62,431 bases of DNA, filler included, from Diploschistes diacapsis (GCA_023645945.1; 5 parts of 5 records of this genome joined end to end with filler, not necessarily neighbours in it); one strand, 5' to 3'; positions 26,000 through 37,454 are shown, counted from the first letter of the whole stretch. The notes: a model not told the origin generated them from the letters alone. Translations and numbers: made by a program.

Positions 26000-26121
26000 G
26001 TCGCTTTAGCTCACTTGGGAGAGCGCCGTATGTTAAACTCTCTAAACCTTCTGATGAAAGACTAATTATTCATCAGAGACTGAAGATCTGGAGGTACTGT
26101 GTTCGATCCACAGAAGCGACA
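26000..26121 (+). tRNA. tRNA-Phe(GAA): tRNA-Phe (anticodon GAA at 26082-26084), exons 26000-26027 and 26077-26121, with a 49-nt non-canonical intron between positions 28 and 29
   Basis: Joined exons read GTCGCTTTAGCTCACTTGGGAGAGCGCC|AGACTGAAGATCTGGAGGTACTGTGTTCGATCCACAGAAGCGACA. Acceptor stem 7/7, D stem 4/4, anticodon stem 5/5, T stem 5/5; core nearly identical to yeast tRNA-Phe. TATA-like element near 25967 and T5 terminator at 26126-26130. Confidence 0.93.
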
Positions 26122-26961
26122 AATATTTTTGCAATATAATCCCTTTTAGTGCTTAGCAAATACGTTTGTTAATTTTATGTAGCCTGTCTTGCAAAACAGC
26201 CTTGTTTAATCTCTACTATAAAGCCGCGGATACCACAGAGCCTAGTGTTTGTGTGAAGCGAGGTAATGTACTGGTTGTTGTCGCCGAGGCGGTACAAGGA
26301 CCGCCTCAGCAGTACTTGGAACACTAGAACTAGATCTTCTACGCATATCTAAATGTTCTCTCACGCCAGGCGGTCAAGTCGTTTAGTATGCTTTGAACCG
26401 CTGGGACTCGAGCTTCTTTGTGGTTTACTTTGATAACATTGTGGCCTAGAGAATCAAGCGAATGGTTGAAATCTTAGGATCTTCGCTACTACGTTTTACT
26501 CTCACTCCCAAGAGCTGAGAGGACTAGCTCTTTCCCTCGGCAGGCACAAAAAGCCTTCGAAAAGATTGAATTGACAGACGGGATTTAGGCTTCTGGAAAG
26601 CATTGTGGCATATTCTCGTCACTTCAAAGGTATTCAAGCGATAGAGTTCAATTCGTTGAGAGCGCAAATCAATTTCTCCAGCTTGGAACGAACGACCTTG
26701 GCGGATTGTGTCTACTCAGACGGACTCCAAGTTCGCATGTCATGCAGAAGAAAAAGCCAGTTCCACGCGACTATGAACTGAGCCAATCGTTTCGCTTAAA
26801 TACAATAGCAGATACCGACAAGCACATGGAAGCCCGAAATGGCAGAGGACGTCGAGGCCAATGATTGCACCGTTCCAAACACTGGGACTAAACTGCTCAC
26901 GTCCCCGTCCCAAGACTCTCAATCTATTGTGGTATCTCCCTCCAGAATCGCTTCGAGATTT

Positions 26962-27421
26962 CTACCAGATTGTTATCACGTCTTCACTGATATCCGGCGT
27001 CCCGCAATAGCCGTTGATGAAGCACCATTCTTGTGCCCTGGACAAAGTCAGCATCAACAACACCCCCTTCCCAACCTTCCCTCCGTCAAGCGTGGCCGAC
27101 TAAAGGAAGACAGGGCAAAACAAGTGCGCCGGCAACTGTATTTACTGACGCATAGTGGTTGATCTTATCAACGTTCCCCTTCTCCGTCATGCATTCCACG
27201 CATGAGAGATTCTGGCACTCTGTTAGCGGAGTTACTTCTCCTAGCGAAGGGTGGCGAGGCGGTCGCTGAAGGTTGCAAGCAATAGATCAGAAAATCGAAA
27301 CGTGCCGAGAACTCACCCATCTTGGCTCCAAAACCGCCGTCTTCAAAGGGGCTGGCGTGCAATGGGCCAGTGTGGCGAAGATTGCGAAGATTATGGTTTT
27401 GAGGAGGACGAGGGATTTCAT
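26962..27421 (-). CDS. Small secreted cysteine-rich protein, 80 aa; exons 27421-27317, 27211-27150, 27037-26962
   Basis: MKSLVLLKTIIFAIFATLAHCTPAPLKTAVLEPRW|NLSCVECMTEKGNVDKINHYA|AQEWCFINGYCGTPDISEDVITIW*. Introns are GTGAGT..GCTAAC..CAG and GTCAGT..GCTGAC..CAG, and the frame is kept. TATAAAA lies about 115 nt upstream. Confidence 0.8.
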
Positions 27422-27834
27422 GTTGCTGGAAAGTAGTGGCTAAGCAGCGGCGCGCCGTGTTGGCGTTGAGGAGAGAACAGTCGAGGCCAAAGACCAGGCA
27501 GTGTGTATAGAAAGTAGTGTGGGTCGCTCCCTTTTATACTACCATTGTTGAGTGGACGTCCGAACTTCAAAATGTGCGCACTGATGCTATCATAAACCTG
27601 GAGCGTGCACGACGAACTACGGATGGCAATTTTTTTTTTCTATGTTTGTCCTATTTTTAGTCGTTGATATCCACCGTTCACTGCTCTATGGGCGGGCTTC
27701 GGATTCTAATAAGACCAGAGAGGAATTGGAGGAACGTTCAGTGTCAAGGATACGCTACAGAAACCCTCAACCGGAGCCCATTTTCGGCCGAGCCACCACT
27801 CCTGAGTATATAATCTCAAAGCCTACAAAATCCA

Positions 27835-29496
27835 CTATTCCAACTCTTTCTTGATCCCCCCATCTCGCGCAGCCTCCCACACGCACCTCTCACAAACGCA
27901 ATCCCCTCCCAGCGGGCCCTGCATCCACTCCCTCCTCTCCCGTACGGGCAACTCCACATCGCAATAATGATTCAGAATCTCCTCTCCAGCGCGAACAGCC
28001 CACTCCTCCTTCCCACCAGCACCACCTGCAGCCGCAGTCCTCTCCCCCCACCCAACAACCTCCTCCCTCCTCCTAGCCCACATTTTCATGCTCCCCTCCC
28101 ACTCCCACCGCACGTTCGGCGCGCAGCTATGGTTCACAAGACACCACAGCGGATGCACCGCGCAGCCCTCCGGCTTGCCCGTGCGCGGGTTCGGCCGCAC
28201 GGACGCGACGCTCCGGAACTTGGCGTAGAGGGTGTTGAAGACCCAGAAGTCGTGGCGGTCGATGGCCGCGTAGATGTCGACGCCCATGCTCTCGAGCGCG
28301 TGCAGGGGCCGCTGGATGTTGTATTTGAAGGAGAAGGGGAGGGAGGTTTTGCCGGGTTGCTCGAGGGAGGCGGGGGACTTGGGTGGCGCGGACAGGGGCG
28401 CGGGATCGAACTCGCCCCAGATGGAGGCCGTTTCGGAGAGGGCGAGGGGGTGCGTGTTTTGGGTCGAGGCCATGGCGAGGGCGCGGGCCAGGAGGAGGAA
28501 GTAGAGAGCGTCGGCGGTCTCGTGGGGCGGGGTGGTTGCGGTGAGGTCGTGGACGGAGGCGTCGCATATCGCAAGGTGGTAGGATAGGTTGGCTTGTTCC
28601 ATGCAGTTTTGGTCGCAGTACACGGCATTGCAGCCATCGCAGGCGTAGTAGTAGTCAGTGTTATGTGTCGGGTGCGGCGCTGCAGCAGAACAGGCGTCGC
28701 AGCGATACTCGTCTGGCACGATACACGCGGTTAGGAAACTCTTCTCCTTGAGGATTGCTGCTCCAGGTGGTATGTCCTCCTTTGCAAACATGCCCAGCTG
28801 CCGGACAATGCCGGATCGCCCGTCAAGGGCTGGCAACTCCACGGCCCGGATACAGCATGAAGGAGCCACTTGGGCGAGCCGTTTATTAAGTGAGCGAACA
28901 TAACCTTCATTGTATCGGCTGGGTTCGTAGCTATTCCACGGATAAATCTCCCTGCGAACAAAACCGCGGCTGGGGAGGTCGGAGTGTTTCAAGGTGGTCA
29001 GATCAACAATTTGGCCCTCTTTGGCCATGATTCCCCGGTAGCACTCAAAGACATAGTTATTCGCCGCTGGATATCGTGAATCATTACTATCATACCTTCG
29101 CGGCAGCTCCTTAGCAAATACATTCGCCGCCTGCAGATCATTGCACTTGATCAGGCAGCGTATCAGCCTCTTGTATACTGTTACCACAAGCTTGTTCTTC
29201 TGGGATCGGAACTCGCCCGGCGTCTGATGGGGAAATGCAAGGAGAAGGGCAGTGAAAGCTTTCTCGTGGTATTCCCCATCTGGGTCCTCGGCCTCGTCTA
29301 TAAGACTTAGTGCTTTGTAGGCATCGCCGGCGCTCAGGTCAGGGTAGCCCAGCGATTCGTATGCTTCGGCGCGCTCAGAAAGAACGGGCGCGTTGTATGG
29401 GTCATGTAGAAGCCTGGCTGTCAAGACCTTGAGACGTTCCAGAAGTCCAATATGTGATTCTACGGTGAGTGCTTCATTTACCTTTTCAGGCTCCAT
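27835..29496 (-). CDS. SET and MYND domain protein-lysine methyltransferase (SMYD-like)
   Basis: GMFAKEDIPPG (SET-N), MYND CDAC...CDGC...YCDQNC...H...C, LVNHSCAPN, GEEILNHY and post-SET CVCERC. Intronless, 553 aa. Confidence 0.9.
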   Translation of the reverse strand: MEPEKVNEALTVESHIGLLERLKVLTARLLHDPYNAPVLSERAEAYESLGYPDLSAGDAYKALSLIDEAEDPDGEYHEKAFTALLLAFPHQTPGEFRSQKNKLVVTVYKRLIRCLIKCNDLQAANVFAKELPRRYDSNDSRYPAANNYVFECYRGIMAKEGQIVDLTTLKHSDLPSRGFVRREIYPWNSYEPSRYNEGYVRSLNKRLAQVAPSCCIRAVELPALDGRSGIVRQLGMFAKEDIPPGAAILKEKSFLTACIVPDEYRCDACSAAAPHPTHNTDYYYACDGCNAVYCDQNCMEQANLSYHLAICDASVHDLTATTPPHETADALYFLLLARALAMASTQNTHPLALSETASIWGEFDPAPLSAPPKSPASLEQPGKTSLPFSFKYNIQRPLHALESMGVDIYAAIDRHDFWVFNTLYAKFRSVASVRPNPRTGKPEGCAVHPLWCLVNHSCAPNVRWEWEGSMKMWARRREEVVGWGERTAAAGGAGGKEEWAVRAGEEILNHYCDVELPVRERREWMQGPLGGDCVCERCVWEAARDGGIKKELE

Positions 29497-30064
29497 TCTG
29501 TAGTATCATACACGAGCGAACGCGAAATATTATATCGAATGAGAGGACATAGAAAAGACGATATGGACTTGGATTGTTAGATCTCGGGTTTGAGAGAATT
29601 TTCACCTACCAGCCAAGTTGACCCACTTGCAACATGAACAGACCGGATAGAGATGCTCGGCCCACGCAAGGCTCATTTAACATGTTGTTGATGAGGATCA
29701 TTTCTTTTTATATATTTATTCACCTGATGTCGAAGACGTCGCGCTTACTTTTCGCTTCAGCGTGAACAGGTCGTTGACATGATAGCACGAAAGGTCAGAG
29801 AGCACGCTCTTCGTACACATCTTGCTCTACGTAGTTACTCCACCTCGCCAACCTTGACTTCACTCTTCAAATTCTACTGCCATGCACTCTTAAAGCCCGC
29901 CACAGCCATATTCTCATCAAGCAATAGCAATATAAGAACAGCCCCTGATGTCACCCCCTATAATGCTGAATTAGGCAAGTTTGAGGTCAGCAGCCGCGTG
30001 GCGTGAAGCTCCCCTGGAGCGGTGCTTTTTACAACCTCCATCCATAAGTTCTCAACCTACAACG

Positions 30065-31598
30065 ATGAGCACTTCCTTCTCAACTCCACATCCTGAACGA
30101 ACAGCGACCCAGCCTCGCCAGTCTAGCCTTCACAATGCCACGATTGCATACATCAAACCTGCAAACTCCCGGATTAGATTGATACGGCTCGCTCTTCCGT
30201 ATGCCATTAGTGTAGGTGCAAACTCTATCTGTTGGTATTACTATACCATTCGTCTTGGACATATGCTCCGTTCTCCTGCTGCATCTGTCTCTTCCTATAT
30301 CTGCTACTTCCCATTTTACTTAGAATCAGCAACTTATGCACCTTTCCCCACCGTACGTGTTACCTCCGAAATAGAGGGTCCCAGTAGACGGGTTTCCCAC
30401 CAACACAAGCCCCTTGCCCAGCTGCTACCAAACACGCCCTGACAAACCCAGTTCCTCCCCGGCCAATGGATCGACCTCCACATTCCCTCTCTTCCGCGTC
30501 ACACGGGAGGCTTCACTATAACGTCCTCTCCGTCTCTCGCCTCCCCTGGTTTTATCTCCACCTCTCCCAAGTCACCCGCCTCCACCACCAACTCCACTCC
30601 CTCCCGCTCCTCTCCCCATCCTTCCCAACACCCCTCGCCAAAGCCGCCTTACCTCGAACTAGCAATCCAATCATCTCCCTCCAACCCACCAGCCGCTTGG
30701 CTATGGAAGCCAGAGTCCGAGATCCTAGGCGAGGCTGTCAAGGTAAGGGTAGGCGGCAGCTTCGTATGGCCTCCCTGGAAAGCGAAGGGCGGGGAAGGGA
30801 TACGCGAGGGGCGCGTTCGAAGGGCGGTGTTTGTGGCGGGGGGAGTGGGGATAAAGTAAGTTCGGCGCTCTCTTTTCCGCCCCACAACTTACTTCACTTC
30901 GTTGTACTTGGGGCATTGGCAAGATTGCGCGTGGCAGTCCTGGACATAATCAACGGAGCGCCACGAAAATTCCTCCCTTTCCACATCAGCCCCCCCCTTT
31001 TTTTTTTTGCAGAGGAGAGTCTCAGCTAAGCATCACGCCACTAATTTAAAAAAAAAAACAATCTAGCCCCCTACTCTCCATACTCTCCCACCTGTCTCTC
31101 CCCGCGCAGAAGTCGTCGCTGCCAGAAACCATCCGCCTGCTCTACTCCACGCGCCTGCCTCCTCCCGGCGAGGAGGCGCTGGAGAGCATCCTCTTCCTTC
31201 CGCGTTTGCGCCGGATCTTCGGAGCCTGGAACGCGCCTAGCCCTCCTTCTTCGTCGACGCCGGAAACAGGCCCGCAGGCAGAAGGGCGCCATCGGCTCGA
31301 TCTGCATGTTACTTCCGGGGCTCCAGCCTCTTGCTCTGCGGAGGCCGTTGCGTCCGACCTCGCGGCTCTGTCCGCGGCCGGTGCTGCTGCGCACCCAAAC
31401 ATCGGTCCGGGCGTGACTGTCAGCAATGGCCGCCGCTTTACCCAAGACGACCTGAGAGAGGCGCTGGGGCCGTGGGACGCGAGGGAGACGGCGGTGGTGT
31501 ATGTTTGTGGGCCGGCGGGGATGACGGACGAGGTGGTTGCGTTCTTGGAGGTCGAGGAGGGGATGCGGGGAAGGGTGCTCTGTGAGAAATGGTGGTGA
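30065..31598 (+). CDS. FNR-family FAD/NAD-binding oxidoreductase (OXNAD1-like); introns 30212-30451 and 30856-31066
   Basis: FLPGQWIDL, GGFTITSSP, LELAIQ, VRVGGSF, FVAGGVGIN|PLLSIL, VYVCGPAGMTD and terminal EKWW. Confidence 0.88.
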
Positions 31599-31830
31599 GA
31601 GAGAGGGTCGTTCCGGCGTTGGGGAGGAGAGGGGGATGAATGGGGCGCGCGCGGTGATGTACACGACAGAGCATAGATTCGACGTGAAAGGCAAAAAGAA
31701 AGTCGCGAGGAAGCAGACGACGGAAAGTAAAGCACTTGGGGCTTTTTGTTGGAGATACATGTCGTTGCTTTGCCCCCATCGGCCCATATAAGAATACAGA
31801 GCGCCGCCTTCTCGGAACGGTCCAGACATG

Positions 31831-32843
31831 CTACAGCAAGTATTTCGCCGCATGCTCGATGTGATCGTCCATGAACGTCGCTATCGTAAAGTAACTGTGG
31901 TCGTGCCCATCCTGATACCGTATCTTCACCCCCTTATCGAGCCCTGCTTCTTTCGCAGCAGCAGCAAAGTTCTCCGGCAGGAGCTGGCCCTGCTTGTAGA
32001 AGTTGTCGTTTGTGCCCTATGGCTATATCAGCTAAATGCAAAAGAGGCGGTGGCAGAGAGGAACAGCGTCGATTGGACGGAGGAAAAAAGGAAGTCGACG
32101 CACCACGTCAATCAACACATCCAGCGGCCCCTCATACGACTTAACCAGCTCCGTCGCGTCATGCTCCTCCCACAGCTTTCGGTCATCGCCGAGATAGCCC
32201 CTGAACGCCTTCTCGCCCCACGGACACCGGCTCGGGTTCGCGATCGGCGCAAACGCCGACACGGACTTGTACTTTCCCGGATTCTTCAGGAACTGCCGCG
32301 CCATCGCATCAGCACACTTTATCCCCGGCTCGCGTCAAGCCAGCTGGGCATTCCCGACCCTACCAAAGTCAAAGCGCCATGGCCCCCCATGCTGTGCCCA
32401 AAGACCCCCAGCCGCGCGCCGTCCAGCTCGGCGAACTCGGCAAGCAGCGCCTCGGGCAGCTCCTCGGCGATGTAGCTGTACATCCTGTACCCGCGGCTCC
32501 ACGGCGCGCGCGTCGCATCCACGTAGAACCCGGCCCCCGTCCCGAAGTCGTAGCTGTCCTCCTCGCCCTCGAGCCCGAGCCCGCGCGGCGACGTGTCCGG
32601 GTACACGACCGCGATGCCCTTCTCCGAGGCCTTGTGCTGCGCGAAGCCCTTCTCCGCGCAGTTGTCGCCGGTGCAGGTCAGGCCCGACAGGAAGAAGAGG
32701 ACGGGCACCTTGTGGGAGGGGGAGGCTTGCCGCGGGAGGAAGAGGTTCAGGGCCATGTCGGTGCAGGTGCTGGTCGAGGGGTGGCTGAGTTTGAGGAGCT
32801 GCCCGCCGAAGGAGGCGATTCTGGCGCTGGTTTTGAAGGGCAT
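31831..32843 (-). CDS. S-formylglutathione hydrolase (esterase D), 3 exons
   Basis: [31 protein letters not shown], nucleophile [22 protein letters not shown] and HDHSYF. Confidence 0.95.
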
Positions 32844-33555
32844 TGCGCTGGGCTTGTGTGCACCTATTTGGGGACTTTCTGGGGGTAAGATTTTGGGTTG
32901 AGGGCGCTGTAGTCGAGCGGATGCATTCATGAAAAGAATACCTACCTACCTACCTACCCCCCAAAAAAGATAGGCACGGTATGACGTCTCGTTTTCATTC
33001 TGGATGCCCCGCATTAAATAGTTGCGTACAGTATGCCAGCTAGCCAGCAGATGCCCCCCGCGTGTCTCAGTAGAGAGAGATGAAAGGTACTTGAGTCGAT
33101 GAAGAGAGAGAGGTGGGCTTGGTTTCGGTGGAAACGGGGTAGGTACTTGGTATGTTGGAGAAGACTTCTGGCACCACTTCTAGAAAAAGGAAGAAAGTGC
33201 CTTCAGGCCCATTATTCAATCATTCAACCCGAGAACCTGCTGGTATTCTGATTGAATGTCGGACCCTGAAGTCAAACTATGTGTTTCCTTTTACACTCGA
33301 CGTAGTAGCTTGCGAAACACAAGACGGTGTTTACTTATGGCCAAGAGGTCCATTGCAACCCAAGCAGTTCAAGCATCCTGTCGCAATCATTGAGAGCGTC
33401 AATCAACAAGGCAAATCCTATTTACGGGTTAGGAAAGAACATTCCCAAGCTACTCTATATTACACAAGCTATGAGGCTTCACTAAGAGCTGGTGATCAAC
33501 TGGTTATCAACGGAGGGGTGTCCTGAACTGGAGAACCCTAGTTCCAGCCGGCCAG

Positions 33556-34469
33556 CTAGGAGTCAGGGGGTCTGACAGATAGACAACCGTCGCTGCGCCC
33601 AGCATCTCCTGCGCGTTCACCACACCTCCGTGCCTCCGTCCTCGAGTCCCGAAAGCGCGAAAGAATTCCACATGACCTTTGCGAGATCAGAGTCTGTGAC
33701 GCTGGGCGTCGGTGACGGCGGTACAAGGGTACAAGGGGCAATAGCGTTGAGTGTGCAGAGAGAGGCGGCTGTTAGGGTGGCGGTTGTGCTGTTGGTTACG
33801 AGGGCAAGGAAGGAGTTTCCGGACATGATAAGGCTGGTGAGGGCGAGAGGGCCGGCGGCGGGAAGGGGGCTCGAGTGGATTGGTGTGGACGTCGAATGAG
33901 AAGGGCATGAGACGGGAAAAGGAGGCTGGGCTGGTCGGACCTTTACTTCTGCTGGCCATTGGGAAAGTCAGGTTTAGGTGTTGCAGTGAACAGCAAAAGA
34001 GGAGGGAATCTGAGAACCTTGTCGTGAGTACGGTGGTGAGCTTTTCTAGCTGACGACTTAATAACAGAGATCCTCGGAGATGTCTTGCCTATTTAGATTT
34101 GTTGTCCAGCACAAGGCGGTAGGGTTACCTGGCGCGCAGATCGAGACCGAGAAAATCGAGCAAGTTGGTCTCCGGGTCTGCGTTATTGATCTCTGTCTTG
34201 GTTGAGTTGTATATAGTCGAGAATGGACGGGAGCCACTGCAGGTTGACGGGAGCGCAAAGGCAACGATATTAGCGCGTGGCGCTGTGGAAAGGGTTCTTA
34301 AAGTGCTCTGCTGCAGCACTCCACTCGTCTTGCCATTAGGTACTGTCGCAATCCAAGTCTCTGGCGAACTCTCCAAACCGTTGGAGAAGCCGTAGTAAAG
34401 GCCATAGTATCGAAATAGGCTCTGCTCTAGATCGCCATTCTGATCGCCTGAGCGGTTCTTCGCTAACAT
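33556..34469 (-). pseudogene. Frameshifted remnant of an uncharacterised fungal membrane-protein gene
   Basis: Protein-like pieces in different frames (PNGKTSGVLQQ..PSTCSGSRPF; ICAPGN..W...RQDISEDL; PGPLALTSLIMSGNSF) separated by stops and frameshifts. The family match is from memory only. Confidence 0.4.
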
Positions 34470-36910
34470 CCTTGACTCACGGTGCAGTTTTAGCGCAGCA
34501 GTGGTGGAAGGCTATCAATTTGAATCTCCATAGGATGGACTTTGACTTTGACGCGCCGCGAAATTGCCTCGGCGCTCTTGCTCAAGCGGCCGCAGCTCTA
34601 CCGCTGCATCATCGCCTTGCGAGATCATGCTCAGCGCAGGCGGTGTAGTCATCAGCGAACACAACGAGTAAACCTCCTTGACACGTAAGAACGATGCAAG
34701 ATCAACATCTCCACAAAAGATGTGTCGAGGCTCGAGAAACGAATGGCGAATATTCTAAACCCAAGTCAGGCGGGTAAGGCATGGAGCCGCAAACTTGTTT
34801 AACTCCAATCCCCATTCTGCGAGTATCGTTCTATTCCCAACAGTCAAGCTACGTCAGCTCAAGGTTTCGCGACGAAGCTCTTGTCGCCCGGTTGTGGAGC
34901 GGAAACAAGTAAGACGACTCAGGTACATAGCAGGCAGGGTGCATGAGGCTCGTAACGAGCCTATCGACAGTACGATATTGATCGAGCAGCCCTTGCAGCA
35001 AGATGGCGAAGCTTTAAGTAACCGCAAAGAGCTTTAGCTGAGAGTCCCTTAAACCGCGAGCGGGTGGGATTTAGCACAGTAGCTCACCCTTGGCCTTTGC
35101 AACCATATGAACCAGTCTGTCTTTTTGGTAAGAGGTTGTGCTCGCTATGTCTTTGAAAGGGTATCTTGGTTTTTGGTCCAGTTTGCGGATTCGGCACGCA
35201 TCAAGTCGAAGGGCAGGAGCCAAAGACTAGAGAGTGTGATAGTAAAGACCAGCTCGTTGACAAGCGAGGCTAAATAGAAACACAGCAGAAAAAAATCCAA
35301 AGTTGGGTAGGCATGTAGGAGCTGAACTTTTGTTGTTAGCTTCACGGTTAAGGGAAGGATGGATGCCTCGACACGGTATGACCGCCAGACGTATTGACAC
35401 TGCGAAGAGGTCCAGCTGTTAGAGGTTCGGTCACATATAAATAGTATCAAATGTGACCTCAAGTTGTAGGAGCACTTGGATTGTCATACTCATGGTTTCA
35501 ACATCTGCAGGATGCGTTTCTCAAACACATCACTGTCCCTTTTGGCTTTTGCCAAGGCCTAACCCGTTCTTTCCGCTCCGTCCTAAGATGTTGGATAGAC
35601 TTAGCAAGAAGGGCCAGCCGCCCCGATACAGAATTCGACAACCTCTATGCCCGAGGCGTCGACGATCTGTACAATGGTGATCTTGAGGAGCTGTACGCTC
35701 GAAACCGGAGCTATACAAGGATGAGCTCTGAATGGCAGCATACAGACGGTTTGTACAACCTTCTCCTTTAATATGTTGTCGGACTGATAGCCTCGCAGCT
35801 CACTTCTCCAAGCCCGTCTGAGTCCCACAGTCAATTGCCAGAAGCCAATCTGCGTCTCTCGCACACGGAGTTTCACAGCGTCGTTTCTGCCGGCAACACT
35901 TTCGACAATTGTCCGACTTACGACGAGCTCACCCGGATGGACGAGAGCCACTACCATGTTTGCAAGAATCCGAATTGCCCAACCCACGGTCGCCCGCAGC
36001 GGTGATAGCACGGACAATAGTTCCGGTGAGATACGAGAAGAATGAATCTGCTGTAGTGGAGGGAAGCTTTCATAATCTTGATTAATTGGTCAGTCATATA
36101 GCAAAGAATTGGACGGTAGTGTAGGCAAGCTAGGAACGTAGGTTGCTCATGTATATTATAAGAAACAATGCCAATGCTTCCCGTATGGTGGTCTGTTCAT
36201 GCCCCTTCACTTTCATTCTGCGATAGGCCTGTTTATAGAATCGACTGTAGGTCCTGAAATTCCGTGAATCGAGAACGTTGGAACTGAACAGCAAGTACGA
36301 GGAATACTTGAGCGCCTTCCCATCTGAGACATGCTTGAGGCCAGTCGTGAAGGCCACAAAAGATCGATGCAAGGTCCTCTTGGTATCTGATGTTTATTGT
36401 GAACAGCAGATATTCCGATCGGCAGGACTTCATGAGCGTAATGATAATAAAGATGCGTGGAACAAGTATGGAGTATAAATAAATTTATAGCGAACGTAAC
36501 CAGTGAAAACACCCAATACAAAATCGCGCGTAACTCGCCTAAATTTCATAAATTGTATGAAGAGACCAAACGCGATATAAAACATCAGGTGATAAAGTGA
36601 TAAACAACATGTTCGAAGTACTGCATTGCGTTTTAATGTAGCTGCATTCAATGTACTATATAGATAATACATTTCCGACAGCACCCACCCGCCATCATCC
36701 AGCGGTCACCCAGCGTCTGAGAGACGAGTAGCCAGCAGCCGTAAGCAGCAAGCAGCAGCCGTAAAGCCATGGGCCCATAAGCCGCCATGCATCTCCTCTC
36801 TTCCTTCCTGCCTTCCTTACTGGCATGCTGGGCACATGACAATCATATCCGCCTCCGCGGCGTCGGCCCTTTGTATGCAGGTCTGCCCGCCCGCGTATGT
36901 TTGCGTATCC

Positions 36911-36948
<38 letters not shown>
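36911..36948 (+). repeat. (GCGT)n microsatellite
   Basis: About 9.5 perfect units. Confidence 0.95.
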
Positions 36949-36950
<2 letters not shown>

Positions 36951-37454
36951 AGCCAGCATATCTTGCATCGCGCATCCTACCGACCCTGCCCCCGCCTTAC
37001 CTACCGATCCGGCCGTATTCCATCCCAGCTTCCAGCTGTCAGCTTCTTCCGGCCCGCAGACATCAGACATGCCCATGCCCATGTCCATACTGGCAGCTCG
37101 ACTTCCCAACCGCCCAACCGCCCAACCGCCCGACTCCCCGAGGATGCATGACGCACGGTGCAGCTCATCCCCCCACACATCTCATGTCACGAATTTCTCT
37201 CGGTTCGGAATAAATGGATGGCTGGTGACCACCTCGGCCCAGACCCCGCAACTCCCTCGCTCCCAACCCTGTAACTCCGCTCCGCCCAACTCCGCGAAAC
37301 CCAAACCCCTCCCCTCCCCCGGTCCTGTAAGCCCCTGGACTCCGCTGGGCTTGCGCTCCACGTGTCAAGTATGTATTTGCCTGGCTGTTTGAACTAGCCA
37401 GGTACGACAGGAAGTATGCAAGTAGGAGCGGACGGTTATGGCTCTCTCAACCCC

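Noticed and set aside
26051..26084. CTGATGA as a hammerhead core, or TGATGA/CTGA as C/D snoRNA boxes, in the tRNA insert
   Set aside because: No stem II-GAAA-stem III arrangement is present, and the CTGA is simply the anticodon loop.
27967..28637. Long antisense and alternative-frame ORFs over the SET-MYND, HhH and esterase genes
   Set aside because: They are explained by stop-codon scarcity in GC-rich coding DNA and carry no motifs.
30065..32843. Oxidoreductase plus S-formylglutathione hydrolase as a formaldehyde-detoxification cluster
   Set aside because: The oxidoreductase is FNR/OXNAD1-type, not the glutathione-dependent formaldehyde dehydrogenase.
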